Source: Escherichia phage vB_EcoS_SA80RD | Strand: one strand, 5' to 3' | Length of the DNA stretch: 59,778 nucleotides | Sequence record: OL960575.1 | Shown: one piece after another, positions 46,901 to 55,526 of the stretch | Layout: every line of letters begins with the position of its first letter | How positions within the stretch are numbered: the first letter of the stretch is position 1 | Translations under genes and position numbers: made by a program | The notes under the pieces: generated by a model | Told to the model about the DNA's origin: nothing | The model's input: only the letters and a program-made list of their open reading frames with translations | Databases searched by the model: none

Positions 46901-49232
46901 TGCTTAAGTCCTTGAAAACACTCTCAATTGACTCGTCTATATACCAACCCAATCCCCTGAAATTACGCTTCAACGCATCTTCACGCGTGACTGGAACGAG
47001 CGCACCCATGTCTACAAGTTGCTTGATGGTAAGGTCTGTTGCAGTACCTGCTCCCATCCTGTGATTCTTGAATGCTGCTAGACCGTAGGTTCTGCGTGTG
47101 ATAGTTGCCTTTGGAATAATACCGTCAACGCGCAGCTCCTTACGATCACATGCAATCTTACCGCCAAGATAGTCTTTGCAGACCTGACAGATAGCCTTCA
47201 CACGTGTTTCGTCATCACCGCCAATAGTACCTTTTTCCCATGCGTTGATCATGATGTCCTGTCCGTGCGTAACAAAATCTACCGCCCATTGCATGTCATT
47301 AGGTTGCACCACAGGATTGATCCAGTTTTCCCCCACCGCTAACAGTGACGCAAGACGTAGAGCTTTAAGGTGTGCACGGTTCCAAGGCTGACGGATTGCT
47401 TCGTCTTTGGTTGCGTTAATGTGTTCGTCACATAACAGGTTAAACTCCCGTTCAATCCTTTCAGCTTCAGGACTTAACTGGACTGTGACAGTTTGAAACT
47501 TCGCCATTGTTACTAAGGTGTGGTTAACAAGATGGCACACCATGTCCTTTAACTGCTGGGGCATTATAATCTCAGGGTTTTCGTTTGCAGGAACTCGATC
47601 TCCTTCATATTGCACAATGTGGAAACGGGACAAGAAACCGTCTTCCATCATTTCACGGGTTAATGCTTCAAAGAACGTGTCCGGCGTTGTTTCTCCCAGC
47701 ACGCTGAACGCCACCCCTTCCATCGTTTTGGTATTATTAGCCTTATCAGAATATCCGATACCGCCAACAACATCCATCGCACCAGATTTTTGATACACAT
47801 CTGTGATAGTTTGCTTCAGGGTATAGTTTGCAGTGCCAGGTTGAGCCGTTGCCATACCTTTAATGGTTTTGCCAAACTCGCCGTTAATATTCACAAACGA
47901 ACTATGATCCGCAAAACTTTTACGCAACGCAGGACCAGACGCATAGTTAGTCATGTCTACAAATTCATGAACTTGCGGTAATTGCTCCCCTACTTGTTTA
48001 CAAATATAGCTGGGCCCGGCGTGAAGCATCTCTTTACCCACACCAGATCGAGCAATAAGCACAAAATAACCGTTCAATCCTGTGTTGGTGATAGTATTCC
48101 ATACCTTACCGCACACACCAGACAGAAATGCTAACGATGCGGTGATTGCAATTTCTTTAACCGGACGCTGCGATGCTTTGTAGATATACTTTGCAAGCTC
48201 ACCAGCAAGCCCCGGCGGCCACTCAATAGCGGTTGCATCAATGGACGTACTTTCTGCAACTACTATTTCACCGGACGGGCTGACTGTGGTTACAGGCATT
48301 TCCGTTACTTGCTGCATTGTGCTGTGTGCGGCTTGCATACGGGCAGCGTAATCCCGCGCCAGCGCTGCTACGTTTTCCTGAGCAATACGCTCACGCTCCA
48401 TGCGACCGCGACACATACGCAAGCAACGGTCAATATGAACATTGTTCTTATTAGCCTTCTCACGTTTGCCCAGTGCACTATAACGGAACAGACGACGACA
48501 TTGCTCATTACTTTCCGTGTAGAATGCATACATAGAAATAAGGGCAAGGTCTGCTTCAGACTGGGAAGGGAATCCCATTTCAACCCATTCACCGTTAAAT
48601 AACCGTGCATACTTATCGCCGTTATCTGCTTCAAGCGCACGCTGATGAATAGTTGCATCATCTTCTACCGGATCTTTTTCTACCAGTTCAATTTCATATG
48701 TCTTGCGCTGAAGATCAATTTCATTCACAAGCATAGTAAGGTAATGATCACGTTCTGCAACTGGTTTGTTGTACACAGGATTACCAGTGCAGATAATAAA
48801 ACGCTCCTGACTATAAACCTCGACACCATCACGTCGACGGCCTTTACCGATGTTACCTCTTAACCACAGGTGAACACCCAAGCCTGAGCGACTCACTTCG
48901 GTGTAAGTATCGAACGCAGTCATGATCTGTTCGAAGCGGCGCAACTGCTCCGGCGTCGTGTGCTTCTTGGGGTCCGGTTCATTGGTTGCATTCTTCACAT
49001 CCAGATCAATGCAGGTGAACGGGTCTTGTGCAGTAAGCACGAAGCCAATATAAGGTTTATTGAAATGAGCGGCGCAACCTTTGGCAGCTTCAAACGTCAT
49101 AAGCATATCCGGATCGGTAACGTCCGCCGCCATCAAACGTCCGATATCGTTATCCCATATTAATGGGCGTTTATCTTCACCAGCAATAGCCCACTGATTG
49201 TATTGTTTGATTTCATCAGGAAATAATTTCAT
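46896..49232 (-). CDS. primase-polymerase / helicase (AEP-type primase with SF3-like ATPase)
   Basis: N-terminal GVHLWLRG prim-pol-like motif; central ARSGVGKE Walker A; ATG 49232 (track start 49241 is GTG). Confidence 0.65.
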   Translation of the reverse strand: MKLFPDEIKQYNQWAIAGEDKRPLIWDNDIGRLMAADVTDPDMLMTFEAAKGCAAHFNKPYIGFVLTAQDPFTCIDLDVKNATNEPDPKKHTTPEQLRRFEQIMTAFDTYTEVSRSGLGVHLWLRGNIGKGRRRDGVEVYSQERFIICTGNPVYNKPVAERDHYLTMLVNEIDLQRKTYEIELVEKDPVEDDATIHQRALEADNGDKYARLFNGEWVEMGFPSQSEADLALISMYAFYTESNEQCRRLFRYSALGKREKANKNNVHIDRCLRMCRGRMERERIAQENVAALARDYAARMQAAHSTMQQVTEMPVTTVSPSGEIVVAESTSIDATAIEWPPGLAGELAKYIYKASQRPVKEIAITASLAFLSGVCGKVWNTITNTGLNGYFVLIARSGVGKEMLHAGPSYICKQVGEQLPQVHEFVDMTNYASGPALRKSFADHSSFVNINGEFGKTIKGMATAQPGTANYTLKQTITDVYQKSGAMDVVGGIGYSDKANNTKTMEGVAFSVLGETTPDTFFEALTREMMEDGFLSRFHIVQYEGDRVPANENPEIIMPQQLKDMVCHLVNHTLVTMAKFQTVTVQLSPEAERIEREFNLLCDEHINATKDEAIRQPWNRAHLKALRLASLLAVGENWINPVVQPNDMQWAVDFVTHGQDIMINAWEKGTIGGDDETRVKAICQVCKDYLGGKIACDRKELRVDGIIPKATITRRTYGLAAFKNHRMGAGTATDLTIKQLVDMGALVPVTREDALKRNFRGLGWYIDESIESVFKDLSK

Positions 49233-49233
49233 C

Positions 49234-49758
49234 TTATACACCCAATTTGTTACAACCGTGGTTCTTGTGAAAATTGTGATCAGTTAATGCTTTACTTACA
49301 GCCATCTGTGCATCTTCAAAAGTATCATATACTCCAAGATATTTTGAAGTCCCGTCCACGCCTATACGAGCTTGCCATTTATTAGTACCTTTGTGAAATG
49401 TAACTCCATTTACTCCAGAGGTATTATTGCGTTTCTTACTTTGATTTCGACCATTTTCTTTGTGAGTAACTAAACGCAAGTTTTCAATGCGGTCGTCGTA
49501 ACGAACGTGATTAATATGATCAATTTCCATCCCTTCCGGTATAGGACCGTTGAACATTTCCCATACTATTCGTGAACGACGATATAGTTTACCATTAAGG
49601 GTAATACGAACATATCCTTTATCCGTAAGCGTACCTGCAACGCATCCTTCTTTTGCTCTTGCACCCATATCTTTCTTCCAATACAACACTCCTTCATTAT
49701 ATTGGAATACTACCGCCCATTGTGGGAAAGCTTTAATTTCAGCGGGAAACAGTTCCAT
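49234..49758 (-). CDS. HNH-AP2 homing endonuclease
   Basis: EIDHINHVRYDDRIENLRL plus AP2-like C-terminus ending ...HKNHG. Confidence 0.7.
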   Translation of the reverse strand: MELFPAEIKAFPQWAVVFQYNEGVLYWKKDMGARAKEGCVAGTLTDKGYVRITLNGKLYRRSRIVWEMFNGPIPEGMEIDHINHVRYDDRIENLRLVTHKENGRNQSKKRNNTSGVNGVTFHKGTNKWQARIGVDGTSKYLGVYDTFEDAQMAVSKALTDHNFHKNHGCNKLGV

Positions 49759-49764
49759 ATTTAA

Positions 49765-49968
49765 TTAAGACCTCCGACGCTTATCGCCTTGCATCTTTTC
49801 CAGGACGGGTTCTGCTAATGAACGTTTATAGATGTACACGCTACCGATTTTAATAGCGCCGGGAATGCATTCGCGCATTCTGGAGAGCTTAAATTTTGAA
49901 ATACCGAACTGGTTTTCAATTTCGGTAGTTGTTATATAGTTGTCATTAAATTCTTCGACGTGGGTCAT
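49765..49968 (-). CDS. small helix-turn-helix DNA-binding protein (putative transcriptional regulator)
   Basis: 67 aa; ITTTEIENQFGISKFKLSRM resembles an HTH; strong AAGGAGGAG RBS. Confidence 0.45.
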   Translation of the reverse strand: MTHVEEFNDNYITTTEIENQFGISKFKLSRMRECIPGAIKIGSVYIYKRSLAEPVLEKMQGDKRRRS

Positions 49969-50029
49969 AGCTCCTCCTTTGTCCGCACACTATACACAGA
50001 TAAGAGGAGCCATTGCAATGCGTTTTGCG

Positions 50030-50776
50030 TTACAGGATATGGGGGCAATAATATTTATCCATAACAAACTGAAAAACTTCTTCAGGTGTGCGGTCATTAC
50101 GAAGTTCAATCATATGATTGTCCAGCCATGCTAAACTCTCCTCAGCCTTATCTCTATTATTAAAGTGCAATAGCTTTGAAGGTGTATCGCCAGGAAGGGT
50201 AACTTCAATACAAAATGAACCTGTTTCTAAATGCGTTATGTCGCAAGTCGGCCAAACGCCGCGGTTTTCCCATATAGAAGGCGCATCCTCAAATCTGCAT
50301 GAGCTATACCATTTATTGCGAAGAGATGTGATCTCCTTACTTGTTAACGGGGCGCCCTTAACTCTTTCATGTTCCTCCAGCCAAGCTTTAAATTTTGGGT
50401 TAGGTTTGCGCCCCGGCTTCCCACCTTTCGCCTTTGCGCTTTCTTTAAACGCTTGCTCGTATGGGTCTGATCCTTTGCCCATGTGGTAATTGAATTTGCC
50501 CGTATAGCTGCGAAGCTCTTTGGCGTCCAGTTCATGTCCCAGCTTATCGCTCACCCATGCAAGGAAAGCTTCCCGCTCTGCATCCAGCTTTCCCGCTTTC
50601 GGTCTTACAGATTTTTTAACTGGCTGCTCCACATCCTCGTTGAAGTAATCTTCCACCATAGCAAGCGCCTGTGATTTGGTTGGTGCACCACGCAACCGTG
50701 AGCACGCTTGCACAACCCAAGCCGCGAAGCACATATCCTTAACCACAGTCTTTGAGGTAATAATTTCTTCACTCAT
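50030..50776 (-). CDS. hypothetical protein (first gene downstream of the iteron region)
   Basis: About 249 aa from ATG 50776 with GGTGG RBS. Confidence 0.45.
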   Translation of the reverse strand: MSEEIITSKTVVKDMCFAAWVVQACSRLRGAPTKSQALAMVEDYFNEDVEQPVKKSVRPKAGKLDAEREAFLAWVSDKLGHELDAKELRSYTGKFNYHMGKGSDPYEQAFKESAKAKGGKPGRKPNPKFKAWLEEHERVKGAPLTSKEITSLRNKWYSSCRFEDAPSIWENRGVWPTCDITHLETGSFCIEVTLPGDTPSKLLHFNNRDKAEESLAWLDNHMIELRNDRTPEEVFQFVMDKYYCPHIL

Positions 50777-50863
50777 AATCCACCTATACGCGTAGAAAGA
50801 AAGGTAATCATATAACAAAGTTTTTGTAATCGCAAAACCTTCGCAAAACTTTGTCTTTCCTGC

Positions 50864-50892
50864 ATTATATTAAACCATAGTGCTAGTGGCCA
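50864..50892 (-). promoter_or_regulatory. candidate sigma70-type promoter (minus strand), TGGCCA-17-TATAAT
   Basis: On the minus strand: -35 TGGCCA (50887-50892), 17-bp spacer, -10 TATAAT (50864-50869); spacer overlaps an ATAGTG iteron. Confidence 0.35.
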
Positions 50893-51105
50893 GCATAGTG
50901 GCATCACCGCTTATAGTGCGCCGTTACTGGCTTCGCTATAGTGTGCCACTATACGTGCACTATACACTAATAGCTAATTTTATTTTTGTTAGCGGTAATA
51001 AAGTTTTGGGTTTTTGGGGGGACCCCCTAATATACCCCGGAAAAAACAAAGAAATAGTAGTAGTAGTGAAAACATAGTGAAATGCCACTATCTCACTATC
51101 ACTAC
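50877..51105. repeat. iteron cluster: ATAGTG / GCCACTAT hexamer-octamer repeats in both orientations
   Basis: ATAGTG at 50877, 50895, 50913, 50938, 51074; CACTAT at 50947, 50958, 51086, 51094; lies in a 660-bp ORF-free region with an AT-rich stretch (51180-51270) and a G6-A-C5 tract (51015-51027). Confidence 0.6.
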
Positions 51106-51372
51106 TAATTTAATGTAATTTATGGGGGTGTCTATGTACCAAAAACCTAAAACTTTCAGTCAACAGACTAAAAACGGATAGAAACTAAAAGTTAATAAGT
51201 AATACCATAAATATATATAAAATAAGGATTTATTAATAATGTATATAGTACCTATTGGTATTATTTGAATGTTTTTGGGTCTGCAACAAAAAGTCGCAAA
51301 ACTCACAAAACCTGAACGGATGCAGATCAAAAACGAGAAGTCAAGTGCTTTTGAGGGAAATTTATTGAACTA

Positions 51373-51402
51373 TTGTGATCGGAAGGTATATCAAGCTATA
51401 AT
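51373..51402 (+). promoter_or_regulatory. candidate sigma70-type promoter (plus strand), TTGTGA-18-TATAAT
   Basis: -35 TTGTGA 51373-51378, -10 TATAAT 51397-51402; would read antisense to the minus-strand early genes. Confidence 0.3.
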
Positions 51403-51486
51403 GCGCTTAATCGCGGGATATTGGAGGAGGACTTTATTGCGCGGTTAACCGGACCAGTAGGAGGGCTGGCCCGGAGTAGTTAGAAT

Positions 51487-51663
51487 TTATTTGCGGACGA
51501 ATACAGATCCGACAAATAATGTTGATTGGGTAGCAGCTTGCTCGATTAATTCGCCAACAAGCTGTGATTGAGTAAGAGGTCGTAAACCTTCTTTGGCGCG
51601 TGCTTCATTTACACGACGTTGAAGGTCTTTTAAGTATTGAGTTGCGAAACTATCTAATTGCAT
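51487..51663 (-). CDS. small hypothetical protein (58 aa)
   Basis: ATG with AAGGATAAGAA upstream; translates to MQLDSFATQYLKDLQRRVNEARAKEGLRPL...; below the ORF-track cutoff. Confidence 0.3.
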   Translation of the reverse strand: MQLDSFATQYLKDLQRRVNEARAKEGLRPLTQSQLVGELIEQAATQSTLFVGSVFVRK

Positions 51664-51835
51664 TTCTTATCCTTAGGGCTCCCGCAGAAGCCCGTCAGTG
51701 AACAGTGTGGTTATAGATTATGCCAGTGAGTACCTTGCTTTTAATTTTTGGTTTGCTGCGATAATTTTACATACAGGTATAACAACCAGAAGATCATTAT
51801 ACTCCAGCCAGAATTGAATGAGCGCCTGCATTTAA

Positions 51836-52450
51836 TTAACCCTCCAAGCCGTTATATTTGCGCCAGGCGTAGAACTGAATGGCTACCGTCGTCCCGTTGT
51901 AAGAAGGCATTGCAGCTTTCATTTCTTTCAGCTCCGGCGTGCGGCCCAGTTCCTTCAGAAGCTTGTCGCCCATTGCCCACACTTCGGCAGTTTTTCCTTT
52001 CAGGGGCTTGCGAGCGCCATTTTTGAAATCACAGCGAGCAGCTTTTGCATCCTGTTTTGGCGCGGCAGCTTTTGGCTCTTCAATTTTGATTTCAGAAACC
52101 TGCGTGGCAGCTTTTGCGTGTTTCATATCTTTCTCTTCCTCCTGCTCCAGAGCTTCGAGGCAGCTTTTGACGATTTCCGGATTTACCATCGGGCGCAGTA
52201 CCGAGACGCTGGCAGCTGGCGCGGCGGTCGGTGCTGGGACTTTTTGCTCCGGCTGTTGCGCTTTTTTATGGTCGTGCAGTACCTGAAGCACTTCCTTCTC
52301 GACGATGTAAAAACCGATCTCGTCCTGATGGATTAGCTGTTCGTGCGCATCGCGTGCAACCTGGCCCCAGCGGGTCTTAAGAGCGCGGCGTGCATTCGTT
52401 TTCATGGTGTAGCGCATTTTATCCTGTTCGCGGTGAGTTACTTTAGACAT
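51836..52450 (-). CDS. hypothetical early protein
   Basis: 204 aa with GAGGAA RBS. Confidence 0.45.
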   Translation of the reverse strand: MSKVTHREQDKMRYTMKTNARRALKTRWGQVARDAHEQLIHQDEIGFYIVEKEVLQVLHDHKKAQQPEQKVPAPTAAPAASVSVLRPMVNPEIVKSCLEALEQEEEKDMKHAKAATQVSEIKIEEPKAAAPKQDAKAARCDFKNGARKPLKGKTAEVWAMGDKLLKELGRTPELKEMKAAMPSYNGTTVAIQFYAWRKYNGLEG

Positions 52451-52534
52451 GGTATATTCCTCTGTTAGATTGTTTAGTTGTCTTGCTAAGTTGACTTATT
52501 ATTGCCCAGTCAGATTAACTAGGCAAGATATAAA

Positions 52535-52687
52535 TCACTTAATTTGTACTAAATCGTATTCCTTGTAGATGTCGCTAATGTACATGTCGAACTGTCCCAT
52601 TAAGAAGATTTCAGCCTCCTCCCAGCTTGGAGCAGATACATAACCAGCTATTTTACCGGACGCGAGTTCCACTAATTTGAATTCCAT
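52535..52687 (-). CDS. small hypothetical early protein
   Basis: 50 aa from ATG 52687 with AAGGG RBS. Confidence 0.3.
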   Translation of the reverse strand: MEFKLVELASGKIAGYVSAPSWEEAEIFLMGQFDMYISDIYKEYDLVQIK

Positions 52688-52774
52688 GATGCAACCCTTA
52701 ATGTGGTTAAGCAGTATTGCTTTGTTGAAGTAATAATAGCCTTGCATCGTGATATTGAATAGGCCAAAAGTGCT

Positions 52775-52802
52775 ATTTTAGAATAGTTTTGCATCTAGTG
52801 AA
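52775..52802 (-). promoter_or_regulatory. candidate early promoter (minus strand), TTCACT-16-TAAAAT
   Basis: Read on the minus strand in the divergent intergenic region 52688-53222. Confidence 0.3.
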
Positions 52803-53222
52803 AATTATGTTTGCCCTGCATGTTTAGCACAAATGGCCTAACTAACATCACATCATCTGGAGTATTCGCACGGGCGCACACATACATATAAAGCTGCCAA
52901 AATATTTTTATAAAAAGATGCAAAAGGTGTAGACACATGATCGATCTAGCGCTACTATATATTCAAAGGAAAGGGAAGCAGAAGTGCAAAGTACCAATCC
53001 TGAGTAGTAAGGTTAGGGAAAGCTGAATAGCTAAAGTACTTAACAGCTAATCGGAAGGTGAATCGTCCGGATGAAAAAGGCCGGCAAGTGTTGAGAAAGG
53101 GCACGTTGAGTAAGTCTCGAAAAGAGGCGCTCCAAGACACCTTCTCCGACTTTACGAAGATCGGGACCTTCCGGGATTAGCGTGTAATAACATATAATTG
53201 GTCAACTTAAGAGACAAATACT

Positions 53223-53366
53223 ATGGCACGCAAATACACACTTACACGCGCACAGCACGCTAAATTAGCTGAAGCAATGAAGATTCAATATAAAGCTTAC
53301 GGTTGGCGCTCTGCAATGGACTTCGGTCGTGCAATGTATCAAGCAATGGTTGGAGGTGCAAAATGA
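53223..53366 (+). CDS. small hypothetical protein (47 aa)
   Basis: First plus-strand ORF after the divergent region; stop overlaps next start (ATGA). Confidence 0.25.
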   Translation: MARKYTLTRAQHAKLAEAMKIQYKAYGWRSAMDFGRAMYQAMVGGAK

Positions 53367-53692
53367 AACGTCTATTGATTGCTACTTTGTTTGCTGGTGT
53401 ATTCGCAGTCAATAGTTGTGAAGCTGCGGATGCTGTGGTAGATGCGTATAGCTGTAAAGCCTTAGTGGCGGAGCTTATTAAACAAGATAACTATAAGAAT
53501 AAAACCACGCTTGATAATGAGGTTGCTTATTGTCAGACTGTAAAAAGATTATTTTTAAACGGTCAATATCGAAATGTTGAACAAGTTAATAATATTCTTC
53601 GTGACCGTTTTGGAGCGGACTATGAGGCTCGCAAGCATTATCTGGCGTTAGCCACTGCGGCAATGCTTGCAGCTCACATTAATAAAGAGTGA
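53363..53692 (+). CDS. secreted hypothetical protein
   Basis: ATG 53363 with GGAGG RBS; signal-peptide-like MKRLLIATLFAGVFAVNSCEA; the ORF-track start upstream is unsupported. Confidence 0.45.
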   Translation: MKRLLIATLFAGVFAVNSCEAADAVVDAYSCKALVAELIKQDNYKNKTTLDNEVAYCQTVKRLFLNGQYRNVEQVNNILRDRFGADYEARKHYLALATAAMLAAHINKE

Positions 53693-53723
53693 TAACAATT
53701 TAATATTAAACTGTGAGGTCACT

Positions 53724-53813
53724 ATGAATCACTGGAAGATAATATTATCACTGATATTGTATAGTGTGTTACTATGTGCTATCCATTATGCAATAATTAA
53801 CCACATTGAATAA
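53724..53813 (+). CDS. candidate 29-aa hydrophobic micro-protein
   Basis: ATG with GTGAGGT RBS; MNHWKIILSLILYSVLLCAIHYAIINHIE. Confidence 0.25.
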   Translation: MNHWKIILSLILYSVLLCAIHYAIINHIE

Positions 53814-53883
53814 CGCACACAGCGCCACGCTAGTGAGCTAATGTACATAGGTAATGGTAATGCATTAGCTCGGGCGAAACAGG

Positions 53884-53930
53884 CGCACAGCGTCGCGCAC
53901 AGCTCGCACAGCGCACACAGACCCACGCAG
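53884..53930. repeat. GC-rich imperfect tandem repeat (CGCACAG)n
   Basis: CGCACAG at 53884, 53896, 53905, 53912 in an otherwise AT-rich intergenic region; the overlapping track ORFs on both strands look spurious. Confidence 0.5.
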
Positions 53931-54138
53931 GCCCAGCCGCGCAACCCGACCCCACCTTTTCCGAGTACTTGGATCGGTAGGGCGTGCCCTGTCTATCCTG
54001 ATAGTAACACACGCTTGAAATTCTAACCATCACATACCCCACCTACCATAAAAAGTGACCCTTAGGAGTTTCACGCTTTCTATATACTGGGTTTAGTGCT
54101 AAAATATAGGTGATGTAAACTTGATCAGAGGCATTGAA

Positions 54139-54621
54139 ATGAACTGGAATGAAATATTTGAATACAAAGACGGTGTTTTGTATTGGAAACATAACAGACG
54201 GGGTGGTAGAGGTATAAAGATAGGCGACAGTGCAGGTAGTAGACTTCAAACCGGATACACGCAGATTGTATTTGAAGGCGAACACTACTTGCGGCACCAC
54301 ATAGTGTGGTTAATGCACGGTAGATGTATACCAAAAGGTATGGAAATAGATCATATTGACCATGACCGTCAAAATGACCGAATTGAAAATTTAAGATTGG
54401 TAACAGCATCTGAAAATAGTAGAAATAAAAGTAAGCCTATGACAAATAAATCTGGTGTTGTTGGTATAACTTGGCATAAACGCGATCTTAGATGGCAAGC
54501 GCATATTAAAATTGATGGCAAGAAACTATATCTAGGATATTTTGATAACTTTAATGATGCAGTTAAAGCACGAAAGGAAGCGGAATTGCTGTATAATTTC
54601 CACGAAAACCACGGTAAATGA
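54139..54621 (+). CDS. HNH-AP2 homing endonuclease
   Basis: EIDHIDHDRQNDRIENLRL plus AP2-like C-terminus ...FHENHG; ATG 54139 with AGAGG RBS (track start is TTG). Confidence 0.7.
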   Translation: MNWNEIFEYKDGVLYWKHNRRGGRGIKIGDSAGSRLQTGYTQIVFEGEHYLRHHIVWLMHGRCIPKGMEIDHIDHDRQNDRIENLRLVTASENSRNKSKPMTNKSGVVGITWHKRDLRWQAHIKIDGKKLYLGYFDNFNDAVKARKEAELLYNFHENHGK

Positions 54622-54640
54622 TGGTTAAGCGGAGGAAATT

Positions 54641-54826
54641 GTGAGACTTGGACCTTATCTTGGTTTCTATGGACGTGCTTTTTGGAATGATGAAACAAAT
54701 AGGTTTGAAGGTTGGCTAATCACACCTGATCGTTTTACATTTCACTCCGTAAAAGAGAAAAATATCGTTCTTAATTTTCAAAAATGTGTCACTAAATATG
54801 TAGAGGAGCAAGAAGAATGCGTTTAA
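54641..54826 (+). CDS. hypothetical protein (GTG start)
   Basis: 61 aa; GTG start 4 nt after GGAGGA. Confidence 0.3.
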   Translation: MRLGPYLGFYGRAFWNDETNRFEGWLITPDRFTFHSVKEKNIVLNFQKCVTKYVEEQEECV

Positions 54827-55056
54827 AGCATAAGCAAAAGTTTGTAGAATACTTCGGGATGCAAATTGTTGTTCCGGAATGGGTTAAATGGCTTGCTGTT
54901 GATGGCGATGGGGAACTGTACGGTTATGAATGCGAGCCTGACATTTTAGTTGATGAACCGTGGGACGAATGGTACACCGAAGAAGGTAAATCCCGATGGA
55001 TTGCAGACGTTATCCTTGAAGAACATTGGTCACAAACCTTAGTGGAGCTTTTTTAA
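54817..55056 (+). CDS. small acidic Trp-rich protein (paralog A)
   Basis: 79 aa; shares W..AVDGDGELYGYECEPD pattern with the 55154 gene. Confidence 0.4.
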   Translation: MRLKHKQKFVEYFGMQIVVPEWVKWLAVDGDGELYGYECEPDILVDEPWDEWYTEEGKSRWIADVILEEHWSQTLVELF

Positions 55057-55074
55057 AATTCATATGGCACATTA

Positions 55075-55103
55075 TTGACTCAATTTCCTGGAAGAAGTAT
55101 AAT
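55075..55103 (+). promoter_or_regulatory. candidate sigma70 promoter TTGACT-17-TATAAT
   Basis: -35 TTGACT 55075-55080, -10 TATAAT 55098-55103, followed by a short hairpin and the GGAGG RBS of the next gene. Confidence 0.45.
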
Positions 55104-55153
55104 TATCAATCTATAATGGGCTCTACGGAGCCCTTAATTATCTGGAGGTTGTT

Positions 55154-55450
55154 ATGCTGTATTTAGGAATGGACGAAACTGGACACGCAATTCCTTCTGT
55201 TAACAAGGAGACGCAAGTATTTACTAACTATTACGGGTCTGCTGTCCCTGTTGAGCCGTGGGCTAACTTTATCGCTGTAGACGCAGACGGTAAAGTTCAT
55301 TGTTATGACGCCAAACCTTCTTGCTATGAATCTGGTAAGCAATGGATGCTTGGAGTATACGGTTTGCATGTTCGCTACTGCGGTGAAGTTGATCTTGAAG
55401 GTGTGGACTGGCGCGATACGTTGAAGGAGATTAAAGATGTCCGCGGCTGA
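55154..55450 (+). CDS. small protein (paralog B of 54817 gene)
   Basis: 98 aa; WANFIAVDADGKVHCYDAKP. Confidence 0.45.
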   Translation: MLYLGMDETGHAIPSVNKETQVFTNYYGSAVPVEPWANFIAVDADGKVHCYDAKPSCYESGKQWMLGVYGLHVRYCGEVDLEGVDWRDTLKEIKDVRG

Positions 55451-55523
55451 AGTTACGACATTTATAATAGCTTTTGCTGTTGCTTTATTCTTTATAGCTA
55501 AGTTAGATTTATTTATTGGGTGA
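55437..55523 (+). CDS. candidate 28-aa hydrophobic micro-protein
   Basis: ATG with AAGGAGA RBS, overlapping the end of the previous gene in another frame; MSAAEVTTFIIAFAVALFFIAKLDLFIG. Confidence 0.3.
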   Translation: MSAAEVTTFIIAFAVALFFIAKLDLFIG

Positions 55524-55526
55524 CTT

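Noticed and set aside
51015-51027. GGGGGGACCCCC tract as a hairpin terminator
   Set aside because: The arms are separated by a single base, so it cannot form a stable hairpin; noted only as part of the iteron region.
52955-53140. 61-aa minus-strand ORF in the divergent early intergenic region
   Set aside because: No RBS, purine-rich leader-like region; more likely untranslated.
53830-54042. Overlapping ORFs on both strands across the GC-rich repeat
   Set aside because: Open frames result from the (CGCACAG)n repeat; no RBS, and the region is better explained as non-coding.
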